Shown here: in pieces, positions 1-9,724 of the stretch
Layout of the letters: every line of letters starts with the position of its first letter
Position numbering within the stretch: position 1 is the stretch's first letter
DNA from: Haloquadratum walsbyi C23
GTDB lineage: Archaea > Halobacteriota > Halobacteria > Halobacteriales > Haloferacaceae
DNA: 32,000 nucleotides
Direction: 5' to 3'
NCBI RefSeq assembly: GCF_000237865.1
Contig: NC_017459.1
Span: 2,430,001-2,462,000, forward strand
Position numbers and translations under genes: made by a program
The notes under the pieces: model-generated
The model's database searches: none
Told to the model about the DNA's origin: nothing
The model's input: only the letters and a program-made list of their open reading frames with translations

Positions 1-1
1 T

Positions 2-559
2 CATAAGAGCGATTTTACTGATCCAATACAGATTCTCTATGTTGGGGCACTTGAAAAACATAAAGGCGTTGACAAACTTGTTCCGATTATTCACGGTTTG
101 CGTCAAGATGGACTTGACGTAGAACTCACAGTTGTAGGCACCGGTGGATTTCGAGCAAAAATGGAGCAACAAAGAACAGAGTTAGATTGTGCTGAGTCTA
201 TTGATTTTGCAGGCTTCGTATCTAACGAAAAACTGCCCGAAGTATATGCAGGTCATGACCTGTTTATTCACCCGGGTGTTTGGGAAGAACCCCTTGCGCG
301 TGTGTACATTGAGGCATTGGCTACGGGAACACCGATTGTGACTCGTGAATATGGGAGTGTTCAATCGATTATTGGGGACGGGGGTGTGACAGCTGATGAT
401 AGTGTTGAGTCTTATATCGAGGTAATTAGCGATGTTCTCAGGGACAATCGACTGGCTTCGCTCTCGAAAGGGGCGAAGGATCATGTGAGACGATATGAGC
501 GAAAAAAAATAGTCTCACAGATCGAAGAATTATATCAGTCTCTGCTGTATGTATTTTGA
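2..559 (+). CDS. Glycosyltransferase, GT4 (GT-B fold) family, C-terminal part; the 5' end lies left of the window
   Basis: Frame 2 is open from the window edge (HKSDFTDPIQILYVGALEKHKGVDKL...) into ORF 98..559. It carries the GT4 E-x7-E region WEEPLARVYIEALATGTPIVT. Stop TGA at 557-559. Confidence 0.85.
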   Translation, partial: HKSDFTDPIQILYVGALEKHKGVDKLVPIIHGLRQDGLDVELTVVGTGGFRAKMEQQRTELDCAESIDFAGFVSNEKLPEVYAGHDLFIHPGVWEEPLARVYIEALATGTPIVTREYGSVQSIIGDGGVTADDSVESYIEVISDVLRDNRLASLSKGAKDHVRRYERKKIVSQIEELYQSLLYVF

Positions 560-1392
560 ATCCTCCAACATCTGATAAGATCGTCGTATTAATGGCTTCT
601 TTCACCCTGCGATGTCGGAAGACTACGCTGAGGGATCCGATTAAATCAGCATAGAACGTTTGATCTCATGATTGAAGTACCGCTTGATATTACAGATGAG
701 ATACATTACTCCAATCCCGTGGAGTTCATGATACCATTTACGCACTCGAACAGCTGGACCGTACAAGCGGTTTGATCGAGAGATTGGTAGGTTTGATTAT
801 TTCGATTGTCGCCAGTCTGGGCGTTGTCTATATGATCGTATGGAGTGAACGCACGATGTTCGACCAGTGTGATCTGATGTCGAGTTCACGGAACTCTCGC
901 GTAAGTTGAGCTACTCATCAACTGGGAGGTTGTCCGTATCAACACTGAGAATCTCAAAAATTTCGTAATCGTATCCATCAATTCAATCATTATTACGGAA
1001 ACCTTCTCAAGATTAATTCACAGATCGTAAAGTGAAATCATCGCACACATAGTGAAGTTGCCGCCAGTTCTATGCGCGGCAGGTTCATCCACATTACTGG
1101 AACTTCTCTTGGCAAGCCAGAGCTATTTCGCTTCGGCATCAGTGGTAATGTTTAGTCAGATTTACGAACATACATATTAAATCCTGTGGTTTAGGAACGC
1201 ATTACGGCGTAATTTGGCGATTCGATAAAGACAAATGAAGAATTATCCGGTGTTTGCGCGAGTATGACCCTTTTATGTCCCCTTCATTTTTAAGAAGGTG
1301 ATCGAGTTAGTGATCTAGCCTAGCGGAAGAAATCTAAGGTTACGTGTATGTTCATTCTATGAACAATCTCAATCATACATGTCTCACTCGAC

Positions 1393-2193
1393 TCACTTCT
1401 TTCCCTTGAGGAAGTACTCGCTCCCACGATATGATAACCTAGCCACGTCAAATCCGCAATCCTCTAATGTGGTTACGATATCTGATTCAGTGTCACTGTA
1501 CTCTTTGAGGCGATCAGGGTGGACCTCCACATAGCATATTCGACACGCAGACCGCGATAGAATGGAATGCATTCCCGCAAAGACTCGACCTTCGGCCCCC
1601 TCTACGTCAACTTTTAGAATAGTTGGTTGTGGGACTGAGCCGTTCTCAACAAGTCTATCACCAGTTGTTAATTTGATTTCAATCGTCTCCGAAGCCTTGC
1701 CCGTCGCGAGTGAATGTTTGCCTTCGCCAATGTCTGGCGATGCAACTTCAAGTTCGGCAGTTCCTACCGAATCAGCCAGCGCTTTTTCGATGGTTATAGC
1801 ATCTCTATTATTTAATCGTAGGTTCGACTGGAGCCCGTCAAGATTTGTGGGATGTGGTTCAAAAGCGATGATCTGTGATGCCGGTGCCTTCTGAGAGATG
1901 AAACAAGTATACGTCCCCACGTTTGCACCGACATCAAAGACGACATCGTCTGACTGAAGCTCAGATAGCAGATCCTCAATGATCGCCCGCTCACCGCCAA
2001 GGTTGCTAAATCGCAGAAACTCTCGTTTATTGTTGATATTAAATTTTACTGTTTCCCGTTTAATCGTCTTCTCGATAGTCTGATTTCGGAACAATTTTAT
2101 TCTCCAATATATTCCCCGGAGATACTTATGGACACCGAGCCGTATTGACCACGGTTTTATATACGACGAATAGAGAATCGAAGGAAGACTCAT
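1393..2193 (-). CDS. FkbM-family SAM-dependent methyltransferase
   Basis: 266-aa ORF with VFDVGANVGTYT (SAM-binding loop), IIAFEPHP and ILKVDVEGAEGRVFAG. This is the characteristic FkbM/Methyltransf_21 motif order. Confidence 0.85.
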   Translation of the reverse strand: MSLPSILYSSYIKPWSIRLGVHKYLRGIYWRIKLFRNQTIEKTIKRETVKFNINNKREFLRFSNLGGERAIIEDLLSELQSDDVVFDVGANVGTYTCFISQKAPASQIIAFEPHPTNLDGLQSNLRLNNRDAITIEKALADSVGTAELEVASPDIGEGKHSLATGKASETIEIKLTTGDRLVENGSVPQPTILKVDVEGAEGRVFAGMHSILSRSACRICYVEVHPDRLKEYSDTESDIVTTLEDCGFDVARLSYRGSEYFLKGKK

Positions 2194-2272
2194 GTTATAA
2201 TTCAGCTTTGCTCCACTGTTGATTATACTATGCCATTTGAGAATGTCGACGACAGGGGTGCACTTGTACCAT

Positions 2273-2785
2273 TTATTGAGTCATAATACGAGCGTATTCT
2301 CGTTCGATAAACGAAACAACACTGTGTGGTTCGAACTGTTCGAGTCGAGTGGCGCAAGCCTCACTGAGTTCAACCAGCCTATCAGGATCACATCTAATGT
2401 CCGACAATATTTTTGAAAGTTGTCCTACATTCCCACGGGGAAATGTCAATCCCGCTTCTCCGACGACCCACGGAGGACCTCCGATGTCTGAGACGAGCGC
2501 TGGTGTCCCCATCTGCATACTTTCGAGCAGAGTCCGACCAAACGGTTCAGGCCACATAGCAGGGTGGACGAATAAATCACTACTCCGGTAGTATTGTGGC
2601 AATTCGTCGTGTTCTACCCACCCTTGGAACGAAACTCTATCTTCGATACCGTTGGAGTCAGCAAGAGTGCGGAGATCAGACACTGCAGATCCAGTCCCAA
2701 GAACGGTTAGTTCAATTCCGGCTGTTTGGGTTAGCGCATTGATGAGACAATCTAACCCTTTCATCGGTTCAATTCGACCTACGTA
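2273..2785 (-). pseudogene. GT4 glycosyltransferase, C-terminal half, separated from its N-terminal half by an IS insertion
   Basis: The frame reads YVGRIEPMKGLDCLINAL...WPEPFGRTLLESMQMGTPALVSDIGG (GT4 E-x7-E region). It is open upstream of the listed Met right up to the IS boundary at 2785. Confidence 0.85.
2779..2785. repeat. Target-site duplication CTACGTA (left copy) of the IS at 2786-4070
   Basis: An identical 7-mer directly abuts both terminal inverted repeats (2779-2785 and 4071-4077). Confidence 0.8.
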
Positions 2786-4070
2786 CTCGGCTCTGCACGT
2801 TTAAGTAGGGGCGTGATGTAGGCAGCATTGAAACCTGATGCTGCCGATTACGGATTTCCTCTCGTGCACCGACGTGCTGGATGAATTCGACTCGCTATCA
2901 TATCATCAAACGACTCACGCCAAAACGTACGTGACAGGTCTTGCTGCGGGCCGCAGCAAGACTGTAACCGGAATTGCACGAGAGGTCCTTCCTGCCGGAA
3001 GTGACCGAGCACTCAACAAGTTCATCACCGAATACGATTGGGATGAGGATCAGCTCAACCACGAGCGGTTAGAGGAACTGCAAAAACACGGAGAGACACG
3101 CTGGTCACAAAACGGCTATATCGTTATTGACGATTCAGTCATCCAGCGAACCGGGAAGTCCCTTCCCGGTGCTGGAGAGTTCTACGATCACTCTGAGGGT
3201 GAGCCTGTTTGGGGACAGAACCTCGTCTACGCGTTCTATACCGATGATAAAACGTCCTATCCACTTGCTTTTCGCCAGTACGAGAAGGCCGACGACGAGG
3301 ACGAGGAAGACGAACAGGAGACAAAATACGACCTCGCACGAGAGATAATCACGGAATTAGAAGAAGAGGTAGGTGTGCCTGCGGGCACCTACCTCTTCGA
3401 TGCATGGTTTGCTCATGACTCCGGTCTGATCGAACACGTCGAATCACACGGCAAGGACTGGATTGGACCACTACGGGGCAACCGACAGGTGACCTACGCG
3501 AACAAAGAGAGACGCGTCGATGCGCTCGAAGAGTGCATCGACAAGGAAGAGCGAGAAGTTGACGGTGAAACGTACAAAATTTGGACTAAGACAGTCCCTG
3601 TCTCGAAATTAGGTGAAGTTCGGCTGGTAATCACAGAGAAGGTTACCGATGAGGACAAAGAGAATCCAGTAAAGTATCTTGCGACGAGCAAGATTGACGC
3701 GCCTTCGGCACACATTATTCGGAGCTATTCGTACAGATGGCGAGTAGAGACATTCTTCGAGGACTCGAAAGAGGATCTTGGCTTAGGAGACTGCGAGGTT
3801 CGTGATTCTGACGGTGCCAGTCGTCACTGGCACCTTCAGATGCTGGCCTACAGCCTTCTTCGGCTTGGTCCGGAATCGAGCGCCTCGGAGCGACTTGTCT
3901 CGAAAGCCTCGTCGCTCCGATCACAACTCGAACACGGTCTCAAGGAGACGATCTACAACATGTTTTCCTGGGTGCGCGATCAACCAGACCGCGATCTCGA
4001 TGGACTGATGGAAGATATTGACCACCTCTTTCTCCATTCTGAGGGCGGTTTATAAACGTGCAGAGTCGAG
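2786..4070 (+). mobile_element. Insertion sequence (1285 bp) with a single DDE transposase, IS4/IS701 superfamily
   Basis: Terminal inverted repeats CTCGGCTCTGCACGTTTA (2786-2803) and TAAACGTGCAGAGTCGAG (4053-4070) match 17/18. The element is flanked by the 7-bp direct repeat CTACGTA and interrupts a GT4 gene. Confidence 0.88.
2838..4055 (+). CDS. DDE transposase (IS701-like / IS4 superfamily)
   Basis: 405-aa ORF filling the IS. N-terminal YVTGLAAGRSKTVTGIAREV...FITEYDWDEDQL and C-terminal Y-x2-R-x3-E-x6-K signature (YRWRVETFFEDSK). The exact family was not verified. Confidence 0.85.
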   Translation: MLPITDFLSCTDVLDEFDSLSYHQTTHAKTYVTGLAAGRSKTVTGIAREVLPAGSDRALNKFITEYDWDEDQLNHERLEELQKHGETRWSQNGYIVIDDSVIQRTGKSLPGAGEFYDHSEGEPVWGQNLVYAFYTDDKTSYPLAFRQYEKADDEDEEDEQETKYDLAREIITELEEEVGVPAGTYLFDAWFAHDSGLIEHVESHGKDWIGPLRGNRQVTYANKERRVDALEECIDKEEREVDGETYKIWTKTVPVSKLGEVRLVITEKVTDEDKENPVKYLATSKIDAPSAHIIRSYSYRWRVETFFEDSKEDLGLGDCEVRDSDGASRHWHLQMLAYSLLRLGPESSASERLVSKASSLRSQLEHGLKETIYNMFSWVRDQPDRDLDGLMEDIDHLFLHSEGGL

Positions 4071-4077
4071 CTACGTA
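4071..4077. repeat. Target-site duplication CTACGTA (right copy)
   Basis: See 2779-2785. Confidence 0.8.
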
Positions 4078-4752
4078 GAGAAGTTGGAGAGGGGTGCTGG
4101 GGTCGATTTCATGTGACGGGATCTCGTCAGACCCGAACGTGGGATCGTAGAAATTCGGAACGACAGAAACTCGATCGGCAGGAAGACTGACATCGGAGTA
4201 GATTTCTTTTACTGCCGGGCTGATCGCAAAGTACTCATCAAGCTTTCCGCTCAATTTGGGCTCGATGAAAGTCCGTGACGCGTAGAACGGAATCTTCGCG
4301 ATACGCTTTCCTATCGAAGCGTCCTGATGGGCGAACTTGGCTCGGGCAGTACAGTTTCGATGGCACTCTCCATCCATCCGATTCAGATTCACGCAGAATC
4401 TGGTGTAGGTATTCAATCGGCCCACAACAGGCGTCTCCTCGTTCCGCTTGCGAAAGTATCCCGCAGCAGGCAATAACATTGGAGAGAAGACGTGAAAGAG
4501 GTCGGTGCCAGCAGCGTGTTCTGACATTGCACGGTATGCGTGCTCGAGACCGCCTATCCGAGTCCCGAACCTCGTCTGGGAGCTGACAACCTCGAATGTG
4601 AGACCGTCGGGATAATGATTCTTCGAAGGATCCAGGGTAAGGACTGTAACGTCGTGACCCTCCTTTGAGAGCATTTGGGCCATGAGTTTAAGACTGAAGT
4701 TTGAACCACCACCATCCAGATTCAGTTTCTGCACAACGTAGGTTATCTTCAT
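4071..4752 (-). pseudogene. GT4 glycosyltransferase, N-terminal half, same gene as 2273-2785
   Basis: Starts MKITYVVQKLNLDGGGSNFSLKLMAQMLSKEGHDVTVLTLD (GT-B N-domain glycine-rich loop) at ATG 4750-4752. The genuine sequence ends ...PLQLLYV at the IS boundary. The rest of listed ORF 3940..4788 is read-through into the IS. Confidence 0.85.
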
Positions 4753-4881
4753 CTCGAAGTACTCATGTGAAGATGCATCCTTGCACACATCATTTTATTA
4801 TTCTCATCAGTGAATATGATAATTGGGAATTTTCTTAGGGTCTCAGTAGGCATCAATGATAGAGTTACTTGGGGAATTCAA

Positions 4882-5841
4882 TCATTCAGATAGATATCCG
4901 AGATCGGCTAGCCGATCCGACACTACATCAGATGTGGTATTTTCACTGGTTTTCTCTGGCATCTCTGAATTGATGCTCTTTCGTGTAGATCCTTCGATGT
5001 CCAACCATGGGACTTCGACGAGTCGTTCGGTGTATGTTTCACGTGGATGACCGTATCGCCGAAACGGAAAAGGTCAAACGAATTCACCGAACAAGTTACC
5101 ATGATCAGATGTCACAACTGTTTTTCCATCGAAGATAGAAAGCAAGCTTTCGACATGTGGGAGCGTTATCTGTAGATTATCTATGTACGCTTCCCACACC
5201 TTCTCTTTGGACACAACGCCATCATTCTGAAGATCCCAAATCGTCGGTGCGTCCCTGTTCGGTTCTTTCCCCTGTGCTTGTCGGTAGCTGAGCTCACCCC
5301 CAGCATGGTCAGCTAATTTCTGTCCTTTCGGACCAATAAATGGATAGTGTGGTTGGAGAAAATGACCGATGATTCGTTTGCTGGGGTATTCGTGATATGC
5401 CTGTTTGGTCGCCTCCATCATTGGCTTAGGCAGAACAGTATTGTAATGATGATCCCACGAGTTCTCCCAGACATTGACCACAGCGTGGAAGGGCTGGTCT
5501 AATCGAATGTTGACTTGGGGGTTTGCAGTCACGTATACTACGTCGTGGAAGGTTTGATTGTCGAAGTTTCCATTCAGAAACTCTGGCGTCGAAGACCCGT
5601 GTGATTTTCGTTTCGATAGCTTACCATTAATCGTATTATGTTGCTCAAAGACATCGTACCGGCATCCGTCCAAAATAATCAGGTTATCCCAGTCTTCGTT
5701 CATGATATCAGTACCCCCAGGGGGACGGCGATTGAAGTATGCACGAATGATTTTGGTAGTTACGTAGGGAATAGCAGAGTCGCGCCACCAACTGATGTCG
5801 TCCCAGTTGCGTGCTACTTTCTGTAACTTTGACTCACTCAT
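4882..5841 (-). pseudogene. Alkaline-phosphatase-superfamily protein (nucleotide pyrophosphatase / PglZ / sulfatase-like) with an in-frame TGA at 5074-5076
   Basis: Motifs LIILDGCRYDVF, SHGSSTPEF and VVTSDHGN. The same frame continues after the TGA for about 63 more codons of plausible sequence (PFPFRRYGHPRETYTERLVEVPWLDIEG...RLADLGYLSE) to the stop at 4882-4884. Confidence 0.6.
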
Positions 5842-5993
5842 TATTTCTTACATTTATATTAGGTCACTAGCTGATAATAAATACTGCTTATTTCGAATTA
5901 GATATGTCGCATGAATAATATATCATATTAACAACGTATCGCACGAACAAAATATTCATACAGATCTAGAGGTCATCAAAATATATCCAATTA

Positions 5994-7367
5994 ATGAATA
6001 ATCATAATCAGAAGGTGATATCTATACCTATTGAGACGAAAGTACGAGAGTTTGACGGGAAACTCTGGGTCGGATTAAATGCGGTAGAGCGCGGTTACGG
6101 CGTAGTCCTCGGACCCTATTTCGAAATTCGACACGCTCTGGGAATAATAAAGCCGGATATACACATCACGAAAGATCCTGGAGACGGAAACGTTGAATTA
6201 TTCAAACAGATGGATTGTGCAGGGATTACAGTCTGCGGACTTGATACAGAAGGCGCCGTATTCGAGTCGATGGATCAATTCACAATCAACAAGACAGAAT
6301 TTCTCAATCACATCGATGCGTTCTGTGCATGGGGTGAGAAGCCCGCAAATGCGGTACGGAAGCATTATTCAGGTACTGATAAAATACATGTGACTGGGAA
6401 TCCGCGATTTGATCTTCTTCGCCCCAATCGCCGTTTTATTTATGAAGAGCGGGCAAAAACATTTATTAAAAAATATGGACAATTCATCCTCATCAACGGG
6501 AACTTTTCGAGTGCAAACCCATACGCTGAGAGCGTAATAAAAAAATCAGAGGAAATTTATGATCCATCCAGTAATTCTGAAATAAGCTACAATAATCGCA
6601 TTTTCCATTTGTTTATCGAGGTGATATACCATCTTCAAACGGAATTCCCAGAGACGCATATCGTCATCCGTCCACATCCATCAGAAAAGAACGAAACGTA
6701 TGAAGCGGCATTCAGAAAATATGAACATATACACGTTGAGGACGCTAGAGATGTCCGAGACTGGATCGCGGGTTCGAGTGTCGTAATTCACCACGACTGC
6801 ACCACAGGGATCGAGAGCGCAATGATGGGTACGCCTGTCGTGTCGTACCGACCAGTTCAAAACGAGGAGTACGAATCGCGGCTGCCTCAAATTGTAAGCC
6901 ACGAAGCGTCGTCTCGAAGAGATCTTACGGAATATATTGCTGCATGGCTTGAAGCTGATGATTCATATAAGATGACCGACGAGCAGACAAATGAACTCAA
7001 ACAGTACTTCTACAACATCAACGAATCAGCTGCTGAGCTCATGTGTGACGTTATTGAATCACTTGATACAACCAGGCAGCGAAACTACAACCTACTAGAA
7101 CCGAATTTAGCTGGCTCATTGAAGCAGCGTATCAAGAGCTCTAGCTTGTGTAATCAGGCTATCGCTGCTTACGATGGCTTTCACAAAGTCATCGGCGACG
7201 AATCTATCCCGAAGCACCGACAATACCAGAAACAGAAGTTCCCTATATTAGACAGACACGAAATTATCGACACTATTGAGCAGATGAAACCACTCCTAGA
7301 AACAGACGCTGTCTCGGTCAAACAGGTTCCACGGACAAACAATACTTATTATCTTAGACCTAAATAA
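5994..7367 (+). CDS. Surface-carbohydrate / capsule biosynthesis-like protein, putative GT-B glycosyltransferase
   Basis: 457-aa ORF in an AT-rich segment. N-terminus ISIPIETKVREFDGKLWVGLNAVERGYGVVLG resembles 'surface carbohydrate biosynthesis protein' families. HIVIRPHPSE and TTGIESAMMGTPVV resemble the C-domain of capsule-synthesis-type GT-B enzymes. The product call is by motif only. Confidence 0.65.
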   Translation: MNNHNQKVISIPIETKVREFDGKLWVGLNAVERGYGVVLGPYFEIRHALGIIKPDIHITKDPGDGNVELFKQMDCAGITVCGLDTEGAVFESMDQFTINKTEFLNHIDAFCAWGEKPANAVRKHYSGTDKIHVTGNPRFDLLRPNRRFIYEERAKTFIKKYGQFILINGNFSSANPYAESVIKKSEEIYDPSSNSEISYNNRIFHLFIEVIYHLQTEFPETHIVIRPHPSEKNETYEAAFRKYEHIHVEDARDVRDWIAGSSVVIHHDCTTGIESAMMGTPVVSYRPVQNEEYESRLPQIVSHEASSRRDLTEYIAAWLEADDSYKMTDEQTNELKQYFYNINESAAELMCDVIESLDTTRQRNYNLLEPNLAGSLKQRIKSSSLCNQAIAAYDGFHKVIGDESIPKHRQYQKQKFPILDRHEIIDTIEQMKPLLETDAVSVKQVPRTNNTYYLRPK

Positions 7368-7515
7368 TCGTACTCAGTCGAACGAGATTTGATGATAGCA
7401 TGTATTATCGCCTAGGTCATGAAAGATTATATCGCCAGATTGAATAGTATAAGTCGAGGGTGTCATAGAAGAGTTCTCATGGTTGCTGAATCAGCCCTAA
7501 CGAATTGAAACCGCC

Positions 7516-7530
7516 GTGCACTTGATGCAC
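7516..7530. promoter_or_regulatory. Near-palindrome GTGCACTTGATGCAC at about -38 to -24 of the RHH gene; candidate operator
   Basis: Half-sites GTGCA/TGCAC, followed by GCTATTCTTAG. Related copies lie at 7770-7784 (inverted) and 9109-9123. Confidence 0.5.
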
Positions 7531-7553
7531 GCTATTCTTAGACTGTCGTAGCT

Positions 7554-7754
7554 ATGGCAAAAGAGAAATTCGGAGTCGCTGTTGACGAGGAAATCGTGCG
7601 AGAAGTGGATGAACTGGTTGCTGAGTGTGACGAACTCGGAGTCAGCCGTTCCGAGATTGTTGAGACCATCCTCACAGCGTTCGTTCACTCCGAGTCAAAC
7701 CACGCTGAGCGAGTGAGAGAAATCATAATTCGGAAACGAAAAGGCACTCTCTAA
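7554..7754 (+). CDS. Ribbon-helix-helix (CopG/MetJ-type) small DNA-binding protein
   Basis: 66 aa: MAKEKFGVAVDEEIVREVDELVAECDELGVSRSEIVETILTAF. This has the beta-strand then two-helix RHH pattern ending in a basic tail. Confidence 0.72.
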   Translation: MAKEKFGVAVDEEIVREVDELVAECDELGVSRSEIVETILTAFVHSESNHAERVREIIIRKRKGTL

Positions 7755-7769
7755 GCATCTCAATGTACT

Positions 7770-7784
7770 GTACACCAAGTGCAC
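7770..7784. repeat. Inverted copy of the GTGCAC-N4-GTGCAC-type motif, downstream of the RHH gene
   Basis: GTACACCAAGTGCAC; its reverse complement is GTGCACTTGGTGTAC, matching the copy at 9109-9123 at 14/15. Confidence 0.5.
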
Positions 7785-8065
7785 GACCTTCTAAGCTAGT
7801 GACGCTCCATAACGGTCAGAAGCTCTACTATGATGTGTGAAGACGTTTATTACACCCTCTAAGTCAAGAATTTTTGTCCGGATACTGAAGGAGGGATATT
7901 CACTGTCGCGTTCTGAGTTCATAAAGCCCGGCGAAATTCTCTCCCAACGAACTGCTGGGTAAGAATCGTATGGGAGTTCACTCATCGAGCAGTTGTCGGT
8001 GAAATCCGTGTTGAGCCAAGAGAAATAGCAGTTCAGGGAAAGAAATGATGAATGATCGCCGCACA

Positions 8066-8101
8066 GGCGACAGCCGTCGCTGGTGGGTGACGGCTGTCGC
8101 C
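8066..8101. other. Perfect 13-bp stem / 10-nt loop hairpin just 3' of the transposase stop
   Basis: GGCGACAGCCGTC (8066-8078), loop GCTGGTGGGT, GACGGCTGTCGCC (8089-8101). Confidence 0.6.
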
Positions 8102-8117
8102 GGGAAGTGAAGATTGA

Positions 8118-9662
8118 TTAGCCGAATGAATCTAGCGTCTCATTCCAGAAGGTTCGAACTTTCTGGATAGCACGCGTCACGCCACCCTTGACTGGGTGGC
8201 GTTGGCGAAACCATACGACCAGCATATATCCAATCAATGCACAGAACAGCTCGAGTAACACGCCGTTCAGCGATTTCGAGTGAAAGTTCTCGATGTTGAG
8301 GTACTGTTTCCACTCTCGGAAGAGGATCTCAATCACTGTCCGTAGTGTGTAGATGTTGATTACGTCGATTGGATCGTACTCTGACGACGCCAGCGTCGTC
8401 AGGTACTCAATCTCTTCTCCATCGGGCGTTTCCAGCACAATCCTGCGGAACTCTTCGCCAGTCTCAGCTAACTCAATTCGTTCATCACGAACCCGTACCC
8501 GTCGTGTTGATTCCTCATCTGAGTGAGTCGGCTGAGCGGCGTTGTTCCCTGAGACGGTGACCTCGAACTCTTCGAGTGTCTCAATGAGTTCAAATCGAGC
8601 GTCTGAGTGCATCAGTGTGACAAAATCATTGTCACTATGCTTGATCTCACAGAACCGTAGATATCGCGTGTATGCGCGGTCAAAGACCCAGATTACCGAG
8701 TCGAGGTCTGCAAAGACCTCGACATCTTCCTTGAGGAGATCGAACTGCGGGCTTTCGTGGGTGTCGCCCTCTGTAACAATAGCGTCGAGTGGATGTTTAT
8801 TTTCTCCATCCACACGTGCTGCGCAGTGAAGTTCGAGACCACCATCGTCTGTGTCGATCTTGTAGACCTTGTCGTCGTCTCCGACGAATAATGACCGCGA
8901 CGCGATTTGCAAATTAATTCTCAATTCTGGAGGCAAGCGGCCTCTATTCGTGATTCTCAGGGAGCGTGAGACGGTGAATATGTGGTTTATATGTGAGCGG
9001 TGAAAATTGCTATACTAAGATTTCTACCGGCTGATTTTGGACCCCGGTAAGTCAGAAGAAGAAGATTCTAGCAGAGTGATAGTAATCCTCAAACGCTATC
9101 AAATCGCTGTGCACTTGGTGCACAGCTATCTTAGTCCGTTATTTTCTTGCTACGCCTTAGTTTTCAAAGGTTCTCTAAGCCATTACTCGTCTGAGACGAC
9201 AACAGAGCGCGTAAGTTCGAGGTTTGTGGCATCAACAGCGACAACACCTCGTGTCATCCACTCCAGTCGTTTTCGTTGAACTCCACGTTGATGATACAAC
9301 TGTGGTGTGTGCAGTACTTCGAAGAGGAGCTGAACGACCGCGCAGTAGTCGCGGTCGTTCGTGAGTTCTGAAAACCGTGATTTAGGCATGTGTTCGAGTG
9401 AGTCGTCGACAATGGTCTTATCCTCAAGTTCAGCGAGTGAGCTGGAGGGGTCAAGACCCTCACGAACAGCCGTCTTGACGTGGTTTGTGAAGTCGTGTTT
9501 GTCGGAATGGAGCCCGATCTTGAATTCATCGGCAATCGACTCGCTGTCGACTTCGTCGAGCAGCGAGTACAGTTCGTCAGCGACGAGATCAGTAGAATTG
9601 ATGTTAGAGGCGTCCGTTACGCCTTCTGACGGCCTGTTTGCTGAATCAAATTGCACAGACAT
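8118..9662 (-). pseudogene. IS4-family DDE transposase, split by a 218-bp insertion (parts 9192-9662 and 8118-8966)
   Basis: The N-terminal part has VAVDATNL (first D). The C-terminal part has VFDRAY (second D) and YTLRTVIEILFREWK (Y-x2-R-x3-E-x6-K). Both parts are in the same absolute frame. Deleting 225 bp joins ...TRSVVVS to RSLRITNRGRLPPELRINLQ... in frame. Confidence 0.8.
8974..9191. mobile_element. MITE-like non-autonomous insertion (218 bp) inside the IS4 transposase
   Basis: Flanked by the 7-bp direct repeat TGAGACG (8967-8973, 9192-9198). No ORF. Carries GTGCACTTGGTGCAC + AGCTATCTTAG (9109-9134), which resembles the RHH promoter region at 7516-7543. Its right end (CAAAGGTTCTCTAAGCCATT) resembles the RHH gene 3' end (AAAAGGCACTCTCTAAGCATC). 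I saw no convincing terminal inverted repeats. Confidence 0.6.
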
Positions 9663-9724
9663 TACGGGCCGTCACTAACGGCTCACGCCGTTTTTATATA
9701 CTCAGAACGCGACATGTGACAGGC

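Larger units (their letters stand above)
8062..9690 (-). mobile_element. IS4-family (ISH8-like) insertion sequence with an interrupted transposase; ends approximate
   Basis: Contains a split DDE transposase. Both extremities carry related GCCGT...GACGGC hairpin-forming sequences (8066-8101 and 9667-9689). I could not define clean terminal repeats or a target duplication. Confidence 0.6.

Noticed and set aside
5074-5076. The in-frame TGA read as selenocysteine or another programmed recoding event
   Set aside because: I saw no SECIS-like structure, and haloarchaea are not known to use selenocysteine. A nonsense mutation or a sequence error is the simpler reading.
7791-7985. 64-aa minus-strand ORF downstream of the RHH gene, considered as a possible toxin partner
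   Set aside because: It is in convergent orientation to the RHH gene, has no toxin-family motifs and has borderline composition. Evidence is insufficient to call it.
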